A program made the translations under genes and the position numbers. A stretch of 26,974 nt of DNA. It comes from Welwitschia mirabilis (taxonomy: Eukaryota). Shown here piece after piece: positions 1-10,405 of the stretch. The stretch spans positions 35,231,008 to 35,257,981 of the forward strand of contig JBOZIK010000001.1 in assembly GCA_051453625.1 (NCBI GenBank), written 5' to 3'. The first letter of the stretch is position 1; every line of letters starts with the position of its first letter. The notes under the pieces were generated by a model. It was not told where the DNA came from. It did not search any database and was given only the letters and a program-made list of their open reading frames with translations.

Positions 1-1430
1 ACATATATCTATTCTTGTATAAATCCATTCAAGAATACACTCTTGACATCTATCTGATAGATCTTTAATCCTTTAACATATGAAAATGTTAAAAGCATTA
101 TAATTGATTTCATACATGCTACTAATGCAAAAATTTCTTCGAAATAAATTCCTTCTTATTGGTTGTATCTTTTTACAACTAGTCTTACTTTATTTCTAAT
201 AACATTATCATATTCATCTATCTTGTTTTTGAAAATACTTGGCTGCCTATTACTGATGTATTTGATGGCCTTAGATGAGTTTCTAGACTTTACATCTTTT
301 AAACTAGTTTAACTCTTCTTATATTGCTAGCATATTATGTTGATCACTTTTTGATTTATTGAAATTCTTAGATTCTATTTTATATGTTTAAGCTACAAAT
401 CCATAAAACTCTTTAGTATAAAGTTTTGTTTGTATGTTATCATAAGGACTATTAATTATGTTACTAGTCGATTGACTTTTTTAGTTTAATCATTCATGAT
501 GAGGTTTTTCTTTTAGATTCTTCTTCCTTCTCCTCTTTATTATCTAATTATGCTAAAGGTTGTTAAAAGTTTGTTCAAGTTGTAAGGGTACATAGTCATC
601 TTGTACATAAATAAAAGTAGATTTAGTAACATCAATTTTAATACTAATAGTTTTCTTTATCACTCATGTTCTTTTATTGAATAACTGATAGGCTTTATTA
701 ACCATTGAATATCCTAGAAAAATACCATTATCAATTTTGATGTCAAAATTTCTAAGCTTATATTTCTCATTTAGGATGAATCATTTGGAATCAAATACAT
801 GAAAATAACTTATTCAGGGTTTATTACCAAAGTAGAGCTGATATGAGGTTATAAAAGTAAAGCATCTTACCAAAACAGTTTTGGAAATATAGAAAGTAGT
901 GTTAGGAACCTATTAATTATTGTTTTTGCTATTTCATTTAGCACCAAGTTATTTCTTTTAGCTACTCCATTCCATTATGTTATCCTTGAAGTAGAAGATT
1001 TATGAAATATACCAAACTTTTTGTAGAAGTCTCTAAACCTTACATTCTTGAATTTATTACCATTGTCACTCCTTATTACTTTAATCCTATATCCTTTGTA
1101 ATCCTATAACTTGATACACAACTTAGAGAAAATGTCAAAGGCCTAATCCTTAACTGTAAGAAAGGCTGCCCATGTAAAATGAGAATAATCATCAATATTA
1201 GTTAAATAATAGTTTTTCTTATGAAGACTTTTATAGGAAATGGATCAGCAATATTGAATTGTAGAAGGTATAATAGATGTTCAATACTAATAGGATTTTT
1301 CTTAACAAATTTTAGTTTTGTTTGCTTTCTCTTCTAATAAACTTCACAATCCTAGTCATTAAAAGTTTGTAATTTTCTAAAGAGAATTATTATTATCTCT
1401 CTAAACATAAATTAGAAAATAATTTAATGT
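1..1430 (-). mobile_element. Degenerate Ty1/copia pol fragment (integrase, SH3-like region, start of RT), runs off the left end
   Basis: Minus-strand translation: YYLTNIDDYSHFTWAAFLTVKD*AF, IRSDNGNKF, WNGVAK (integrase); GIFLGYSMVNKAYQLFNKRT; KIYQIDVKSVFLNGFIQE*IY (copia RT QMDVKSAFLNG). IN-before-RT order; many stops and frameshifts. Confidence 0.9.
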
Positions 1431-1479
1431 TAAGATAGTAGGAATAGATAGAAAATTAAACATTATAAAGATCGCTGAT

Positions 1480-4210
1480 ATTATCTCATGAAGCATTACA
1501 AATTGACATACTTAAATGGAAGGGATTTGATAGATTAATAAGGCACTTTTATCCTAAGCAAGTTAAATGAGGTAGCATATCAATGTTTAGTTCATGAGAT
1601 GAAAAATATGTAGAAACTCTCAAAAGAAGCTCTTTAAATGCCCAACTTAGTTATATGCCATTACAAAAGATCTATAATTTCAAATGCACTATAGAGAATA
1701 TTTAGGTAAAAAAATTTTAAATGTGGAAAGCATATTTTAAATAAAGTTTTTGTGTAAACATTTAAAAATATTTATTAAAATTTAAAACAATTAGGAGTTA
1801 GTGCATTCTAAAATTTGTGAAACTATATCAATTAAGATGTTGAGAGATAGATGCTACTTCACCAATTTCATAGATAACTACACCAAAAAGATGTGGATTA
1901 ATTACTTTTTTCATATGTTATAAAATTGTAATTTTTCTAGACATGAAAAATGTTTTCTAAAAGTAAATCAAACTACAAGATCAAGACATTTACATAGATA
2001 ATAAAGGGAATTACATCTTTAAAGAATACTACCATTTAAAAAAATGTAACCAAATACCAAACAACAATTTTAGGAATACCATAACAAATTGGTGTAACTA
2101 AAGAAATAAATTATATTTATTTAGTTATGGTAAGAGTGACGTTCATGTATAAGAGAGTCTCTCCTACTTATATATGAGATAAGGTGCTAAACACCTTAAT
2201 GTAGATACTAAATTATCTATTAGAAAAGAGTAGATAAGCACTTAATGAATTTTAGATAGGCCACGATATAACCAGTACCTCTAAGCAAAGCATGAAGGAT
2301 TCTTATTAGGTTAATGTGATATAAGAATTCTTAAGTTTAGGATGGGAGGTAGAGACCCTCTTAATGCAATGTTATTATAGTAAATCTAAGGATCTTATTA
2401 TCTTTGAATTAGGCTAATCTCTTATATAGTAATAACTACTTTAGTAAGCAAAATATAGTGGCATGTAAGACATGTTTTTTACTACTAAATTTGACTTAAA
2501 GTATTTGATAAAAACATTTATAAGATAATAGATAAGATCATGAACAATCATGTGCATAATCTCATAGGTCATGAAAATCATAAAGCATGTTACATTCTAA
2601 AGAAAATTGCATTAGATGAAGTAAACAGGTTTGACGCTTTTAGTGGTAATTATTTCTATAAAGTAAGAGAGAAAAATGAGGGATATTTTTATACTTACCT
2701 TAATTATAGTCCAAAACCAACTCGTTTTACAGAGATAACTATAAATCTTAAATAAAGACATGTAAAACCCATGAATTATAAATCATTAATTAATAATAAT
2801 ACATGGGAGATGATAAACATACTTCTCAGTAGAAAAGTGGTAAGGGAAAAATTAATGTTTAGAAACAAATGTAAATCAAATGAAACACTTAATGGGTGTA
2901 AGGAAAAATTGGTACCAAAAGGTCTTATGTAAAAATAAGGCATTAAATATAAAGAAGTCTTTTCACCTATAGCTAAGTAATATATCATTTAAAAATTAGT
3001 TAATATGGCATCTTACACAGGATGGAAGATACATTAGCTTGATGTAAATACTACATTCATAAATGGATATCTAACATAAATATTTATATAACTAAAATAG
3101 AAGGTATTGAGTTAAAATGCTTAAGCATAAAATGTGCATATTGAAGAACTCTTTATATAACTTAAAGTAGGCATCAAACTTCTAGTACTTTAAAATAAAG
3201 AAACCTTAATAGGATTAGAACTTGACATGTGCAAATACTAGAAAACAAAGGTAATTTTTTAATCAAATGTTAAAAGAAGAACAACACATGTATTATCATG
3301 TTTATAATTAATATTTTAATGATTACAAATCATGGAAAGATAATTTAGAGTGAAAAGAAATTTTTAATCACATAATTAAAATAATTAGTATTAGATTGCT
3401 GAGATACTACATAAGTATGAGAATATTTTTTTAAAAAATGAATGATTTCCTTATCTTTGATGAAATACATTAGTGATATGTTGGAAAGGCTTAGAATAGA
3501 TAATTAAAAAATAATTATAACACCAATAGAGAGAAATATTAAATTAATTATAGATGAAAACTCTATAAATGCTAATGAAGCTCTTTATCATAGATTAGTT
3601 AAAGTCTTATATATGTCACTAATATTTAACTTGATGTATCCTATGTAATTAAAATATTTACGAGATATATTGAAAAATCCACCCAAAACAATTACCACTT
3701 TGTGGTATAAGTTTCTTGGTACTTGAAGAAAATATAAGACCTTACTTTACTATAACAAATACAATGGAAAATTTGAATTACAAACATTTTTAGATTTAAA
3801 CTTTGATGAATGTCAAAATACTTAGAGATCAATAATATATTATCTAAAATTTTATGGAAATGTTATTATTTTATGAACATCCAAGTCGTAAAACATAAAT
3901 GTAGGTTGTATAGAAAAAGTAAATATGTAATTCATTTGAAAGTAAGAAAAAAACATCTTATATATGCAAATGTTATTACAAAATTTGGACATTAACTATA
4001 AAGGGTTAATAAACGTACATGTGGTTAATAAATTCGCTATAAATAAGATGACAAATCTATTATTCTATTGTTATATGAAACACATTTTAAAAAAATATTT
4101 ACATGACAAAAGAACTTTACTTTATTCTATCTTTAGTAGGTTACAGATATTCTAACAAATCTTCTTTTATGGGCTAGGATTAAAGAGTTTAAAGATTAGA
4201 TAAAAATAAG
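1480..4210 (+). mobile_element. Degenerate Ty1/copia pol fragment (integrase, RT, RNase H)
   Basis: ELVHSKICET..RCYFTNFIDNYTKKMWI (~1795-1900); PKPTRFTE..SLINNNTWEM; LVPKGLM*K*GIKYKEVFSPIAK; GWKIH*LDVNTTFING (~3020-3070); DILTNLL (~4145-4165, ADILTK motif). Boundaries approximate. Confidence 0.88.
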
Positions 4211-4261
4211 TAATACATTCTTTTAGAGTTTCCTTTTTTCCTTTATCATCCACATCTTTTT

Positions 4262-4265
<4 letters not shown>

Positions 4266-4359
<94 letters not shown>

Positions 4360-4380
4360 CGCGCGTGCGCGCGCGTGCGC
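4266..4380. repeat. Compound microsatellite (TC)n-(TG)n-(GC)n
   Basis: Directly visible: about 50 bp TC, about 40 bp TG, then gcgcgcgtgcgcgcgcgtgcgc. Confidence 0.98.
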
Positions 4381-5299
4381 AAATTTCATGATTAGCTGTA
4401 TTGCAATTTCAACTACTTAACCAACTAAATGTCAAGGTTAAAGTTGTCTTTAGGAACTCTAGTTTCCTTGAGAATTATATCTATGTATGTTTATGTACAT
4501 GTGTGTATATGCAATTTAGGTTTTATGATATTTATTTAGATATGTCAATCTTTCCATGGATGATTGAAGATTTAAGACTCCATTATAATCACATATGATA
4601 ACATCAAAAACATTTATGATAGCTAAGGTTAAATTATTATAATGTATTTCTAAAATAAAAATGGTGGTGTGAATGTATTAATGAAACAAATTAAATTTTA
4701 AATCCATCAATTATTGGGTGTCTTATTTGAAAATGGAATTTTGTATGATTTTTGATTATTTTATTATGGAGTCTTAAGTTGACCTTTTTTTAATAGAGAT
4801 ATTTTTACTTGACTGATAAAGTTTTCAATTTAATTTTTAATATTTCTTTTTTCTCTTAACTTTGTATAACTTTGATTAACTAATATCACCTTTCATTAAA
4901 ATATAAGTTTCATGATTTATCATGTCATTACATAATTTGGGGTCATAGTTAAGAAAAATTAATTATACATATTTTTAAATTAATCTTAAGAAACACTTAC
5001 TTAGTTATAAAGTAATTTATTCTTAATTAGTTCAATTACTCATGAAACATTCTCATGAATTTTAGCATTATGTTAAATTTCTTCTTATAATTGAATCAAT
5101 AGTCTTCATCTTTGTCGTAAAAACATGTTTAAAAATTAATCTTATCATAATATCTAAAGATGTATTACATAATATTTCATATAGAATTCATTAATCATAA
5201 TTTCATTATTTGGATTCTATGATGAAGATAAGAATTCATGATTAATAATTACACCTTAATTCATTTTCCATGTAAAATGGCATTAGTTTATGAAACACT

Positions 5300-7900
5300 T
5301 CCTTTTCATTCAAAAATTATAAGTCTTATAAGAGTATTCTTAGTTTCTTAGTCATTAGACCTCTTCTTTTCTTTACTGTTTTATTAGATTCGGTGATCTT
5401 ATAGCCTTAGATATTGTGCGAATTTTGTAAAATTATTTCCTTCAAGTTATTTAGTAGGCTTATTGTCCTTTATTTTATTATTGTAATGTGCTTAACATCT
5501 ATAAAGGTTATTGTCATTATTCTTCCTTAAACTTGTTAATAGTGTTAAATTTCTTGGTTGTATTAGTGAAACTTGAATTTTAATTCCCTTTATCTCTTCC
5601 TAACGAGATGTCTGATGCAGTGTTATTTTCATTTTTGATGATAGGCTTAATTTATAACTTACTCTTATTATATAAATAACCAATTACTTATGCTTTTTAT
5701 ATTTTAATACATGCAATATAGGTTTAAAGTAAATTCCATGGATTTTTCTTTAAATATCATTAATATATTAGCAATGCATTTTATAATAGATCTTGTTAAA
5801 TGCACTAAGTTACTAATCATTTTTCACATAAAATGTATAAGCTACTAGATCTCCTTTAAGATCAAGCTTATGCCTAATATCAAGACAGGCTTTTCCTAGA
5901 AGATAATATCTCATTCCACTGAATTCTAGTATTTTCATGAGGTACTTAGTCTATCACAGGTATATTTCCTATTTCTTTTGAAAAATATTCATTCCCATGA
6001 TATAGTTTGCTAAACATAATATGGACAACTCAAATTTTATAGCTAGTTAATTGGTTAAGTTTTTAACTTATGATACATTTAGATACATAACTAATAGACC
6101 ATCAACATGGAAAACAAGAAATGTTAAGTGTACATTTAATTTTATTAGTATACTTAAACTAGTATATGAGGTATACTTCTTAAATGCAAAATTAAAAAGA
6201 AGTCTTACAAAAACAATCATACTGGACTCTAAAAACCTATATTTTTTTAATATAGGGGCTTATTTAATTTTTCAAATAGGATTGTATTTTTTCTCATCTT
6301 GAGATTTAGTATTGCTATCATTAGGAAGTTTCACATAAATTTTGTCTTTTGAATTATCATATAGATATGTTAGTTTAGTATTGATTTGAAATATCTTATA
6401 ATTTCACATTACTAGTAAATTGATAAGCTTTTAACTTTTATTATTATGATGTAAGTATTTCATTATAATCTATTGTAGTGGCATATGAAGATACTATATT
6501 ATTAATATAATCTTGTAATTCTTCAAATTTACAAATTGATCAATCTCTATTATGAAAACCCAGCTAAACTTAATGATATTGTTATGCTTTTTATTCTTTT
6601 TTATAGTTTGGTATAGAAATTACTTCCACACATATCTTTTCATTAGCATTCATATTTCTTATTCATATTCTCTCTTTTTTCCTTTATAAGTATAACACCT
6701 CATCGATTTGGGCATTTGCACTATGAGATGCATAAGAAAGATTATACCTACATATTCTATGAATTTAGTTTTTTCTTATGCCTATTATATTTTTAATATT
6801 CTTATATGAATTTTTTTACTTGTCATTATTAATATCATATTCTTCCAATTTAGCCTCTTAGATTTCCTTTCACTATCCTCATTATTATAGGTATCTTCAT
6901 TAATATCGTGAGCTATGTCCACTGATTTTTCATGGAATTTTAATTTCATGATAGATTACTCCCACTATTAGTGATGCCTCTTATATTATAATGGTTTCTA
7001 AGATATTCATTTTATTCAAGGTTTCTTGTAGTTGTATTAACATCAAATCTAGCTTCCTTGAATATCACATCCCGAGTTCTAACTATCTTCTTTCTAAAAG
7101 AGATTCATAGCTAGTATTCATTTTCATGTTTTATACAAAAGATGAAGATTCCAATCTTAGAATTAACCTTAGATATTGCTTTGTCATTGAATGTAAAAAT
7201 ATGATATATGTTCTAAAGTCCTTACGTTATGCATTTCAATTTTTAAGTTATTCCATAATTTTATTGACACATGAACTTCTATCTCTTTTGCAAATATCTT
7301 ATTAATTTTTATGTATCCTAGACATGATAATCTCCTTTCGCCATTCCACTCTTATCTTAGGATGCTTAAGCATGAGCCTTGTGATTTACAATCTCTTAAT
7401 AAATGTTTTATATTATCTCTCAATATCATTACATTTCAAGATTATAATAAATACTTGTATCTTAGCAATCTTCAATTTCGTTTGGTTTTAAAGAAGCTTA
7501 CCAAATTTCAAGAATATTTCTAGCACCTGGTTGTTATGCTTCATAGTGCATACTCATGTTATTTGGGTATAAACATACACATGCAATAAATAAAAGTTTT
7601 TACCTATACTTGAAGTGACCTTTTCATAGGATCCAACATTACAATATATAACTGCAAGTGGCCTTGATACCTTCCATTCAAAAAGTTTTGACTTAGCTAT
7701 CTTTATGTATTTATCCTTCTAATATGAATCACAACATTGAGTACTTACATTTCATGGCTTAGTTTTATGATGTTTCTTAAGGATGTAATACAATATGTTA
7801 CATTTACATGACTGAAAGTTTGATTCCAAAGATTAGCATCAACATTATAGATACGACACAATTATTATATATAGGGTTATTTCTAGAATAACCATTTTTA
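5300..7900 (-). mobile_element. Highly degenerate Ty1/copia pol fragment (integrase, RT, probable RNase H)
   Basis: Minus strand: KHNNQVLEIFLKFGKLL*NQTKLKI (integrase), KKIVRTRDVIFKEARF (~7050-7095), DYNEILT, LYDNSKDKIYVKLPND, FHVDGLLV (~6090-6112, YVDD motif). Ends are poorly defined. Confidence 0.75.
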
Positions 7901-9379
7901 TTAATTCTAAAATTAAAATATGTAATTTTTGAAATTTATTATTTTACATTGGGTCTTTTCACTTTGGGTCTTTTCACTCTCCAATTTCATAATAACTTTG
8001 TTGAAGGAGAGTTTCAGACCCCAAATTCTAATAGCAATGTAAGAATTTTGATATTTAAATTAATTAGTGAATTGTTGATTATCATGTCACATTAAAGCTT
8101 AAGAATTTCAACATGTATATAAAATAAACAGGTGGCTTTGTTAAATGTTCTTTTAGAATTTGAAAAAAGAAAAAAAAGGAGGAAACTAGTGCATGTCCAC
8201 TTGTGTGTGCATAACATAGTTGTAAGCCATAGTGGAAGATAAATAATTTTATAAATACAATACGTATGTTAATGGAAAGAGTAAGGTCCTGCCTTATTGG
8301 TTAGTTCATTTGCCTTAATACCAAAGATTTAGGTTTAAACATGGGTAGTGGTGGAAAACCAACACACTCTTCTTAAGACTAGCTAATAAAGTTCCGTGTA
8401 GCTAAATTGGCAACTGAATTCACAATGAATTTGGGTCTTTCATAATCTTCCATGACTTGCTTGGCATTGAATCTCAAAGTGCCTACTTCCACATTTATTT
8501 TTTACAAATTAATTGTCAACATGGTTGAATTATGTTTCAAAGATGGTCTTTCCGTATTTGTGATCACTAAAAAATAATCCCTTAATGGTGCTATATATAA
8601 CAAGAAAGCACCATATCTTGCACAAGGTAATTCAAAGCTAGATTTTGAAAGCAAATGGAATTTAACTGAACCTGGAAGTGCAGCAGATTACCAGAACATA
8701 ACACGTGGAAGCAATACACAATGAAACGCTGCATTGACATGTCAGACAATGATAATTAGTAGAATCTGCAACTAGACTTGTCAAACAAATAAAATAGAAG
8801 TCTTCACAATGCTTTTTCGTAGGAAGGGTCATTAAGAAACACAGACATGTTATATGTCATACTCTATGCATTTTATTTAGCAAGAAAATAAAATGTCCAG
8901 AATCAACATTAAGAATCCGTTCCAGAAAAAAACAGAATCGCCTTCCACATTCATTAATCCTTGGAACGCCCACACAAGGGAAAACATTGCATTTGCAGTC
9001 CATTTTCAGAAAACAATTTTTCACTTTCCATTTCTTTTTCCCTGAGCGAAAACAGGTTGTCCAACGTAATAAAACCATCAAGCCAAGGAATTTGGATTCC
9101 AGTTTAACCAGCTTGCAAAATCTATGGCAAATTGAGTACTGCTTCAAAATTTCAGACTTCAGCTACACCCTGTCACTAAGAGTCACAGGTTTCTGCAACT
9201 TAACGTTCCCCTAGTTGTAGGATTTGACCCGGACACAAACTATAGATATATCAATCAGAAGAAATGCTAACTTAGAATCTGGTTCTTTAATTGTTGCAAC
9301 TTAAGGAAACCTGTATAGAAATGAAATCCAACAAGCATAACAGAGTACTGAAGTTGCACCAAATCTTTGGATTCCTTGC

Positions 9380-10405
9380 TTAGTGGTCTGCATTATCATC
9401 ATCCAGAAAATTTGTTACTGCAGAAGTCTTGATATCTGTTAATAGAGCCGAGTCATTTCCCATTGTAGTATTGGAACCATCAAATGTGTCTATGTTTTCA
9501 TTAAAATCACTCTGAAGTTTCAGCAACGCTTGCTGCGTTGAATCATTGAAATATGATGGCTGAGTTGGTAAGTTACCCACTGTGTTATTAAAAGTACTTT
9601 GTTCATTTACAAACGAACTCTCCTGAATATTTTTATGATTAGGCCAGTGCAGATCTGTCGAAGGATTCACATCCGTTGATTGAGCTGGAATACTTTGAGG
9701 GTTGAGATCCAAATTGCTTGGCTCTACATTCATAGGAATTGGACAATCTCCATGTGATGATTCAGTTGGTAACTCACCAATCCTGGCATCAAAGGTGCCT
9801 TGTTCATTTACAAACGAACTCTCCTGAAAATTTTCATGGTTAGTCCAACACAGNNNNNNNNNNNNNNNNNNNNNNNNNNNNNNNNNNNNNNNNNNNNNNN
9901 NNNNNNNNNNNNNNNNNNNNNNNNNNNNNNNNNNNNNNNNNNNNNNNNNNNNNACAAACGAACTCTCCTGAACATTTTCATGGTTAGGCCAACACAGTTC
10001 TGTGGAAGGATTCACATCTGTTGATTGAGCTGGAATACTTTCAATTGTGAAATTGTCATCCCCATGTGATGGTTGAGTTGGAAAGTCACCCATTCTGGCA
10101 TCAAAACTGCTGTGATCATTTGTAAGCGATCTCTCGTGAACATCTTCATGATTGGGACAATGCAGTTCTGTAGAAGGATTCGCATCTGCTAGTTGAGCTG
10201 CTGCAATACTTTCACTTTTGAAATTCAAATTGCTTGGTTCGATCTTGATAGACAACTGAGACGTAGACACACTGGACATTCGCATCGGAGAAGGTTGCTG
10301 GCCCGCGAATGAGGTTGAATTTACATTAGCATTACCTTTTTCTTTGTATTCTTTGAGTTCTCTTTGATACCTTTCCTTATCCTTTTGGCCAAGATCCCTG
10401 TATAT
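9380..10405 (-). CDS. ARID-HMG exon 5 (end of HMG box plus long acidic repeat tail)
   Basis: ttttgttccccTTAG|ATA TAC AGG; IYRDLGQKDKERYQRELKEYKEK continues without stop into ORF 9380..10285; interrupted by N gap 9854-9953. Confidence 0.8.
   Translation of the reverse strand: MYRDLGQKDKERYQRELKEYKEKGNANVNSTSFAGQQPSPMRMSSVSTSQLSIKIEPSNLNFKSESIAAAQLADANPSTELHCPNHEDVHERSLTNDHSSFDARMGDFPTQPSHGDDNFTIESIPAQSTDVNPSTELCWPNHENVQESSFXXXXXXXXXXXXXXXXXXXXXXXXXXXXXXXXXXLCWTNHENFQESSFVNEQGTFDARIGELPTESSHGDCPIPMNVEPSNLDLNPQSIPAQSTDVNPSTDLHWPNHKNIQESSFVNEQSTFNNTVGNLPTQPSYFNDSTQQALLKLQSDFNENIDTFDGSNTTMGNDSALLTDIKTSAVTNFLDDDNADH

Noticed and set aside
2540-7523. Short ORFs of 60-85 aa in the left part of the window
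   Set aside because: Fragments or shadows of decayed copia pol, or chance ORFs in AT-rich DNA.
7949-8023. 15-bp tandem duplication plus small imperfect hairpin (GGGTCT/AGACCC, ACTCTCC/GGAGAGT)
   Set aside because: Stem is too short and interrupted to support a miRNA or MITE call.
8701-8708. G-box/ABRE-like ACACGTGG
   Set aside because: Single short motif 3' of the gene; expected by chance.
8857-9214. Overlapping ORFs downstream of the stop codon
   Set aside because: Composition is typical of 3' UTR or downstream DNA; no motif recognised.
9542-10249. CRISPR-like reading of the repeats
   Set aside because: Eukaryotic context; units are long, in-frame, diverged coding repeats with no unique spacers.
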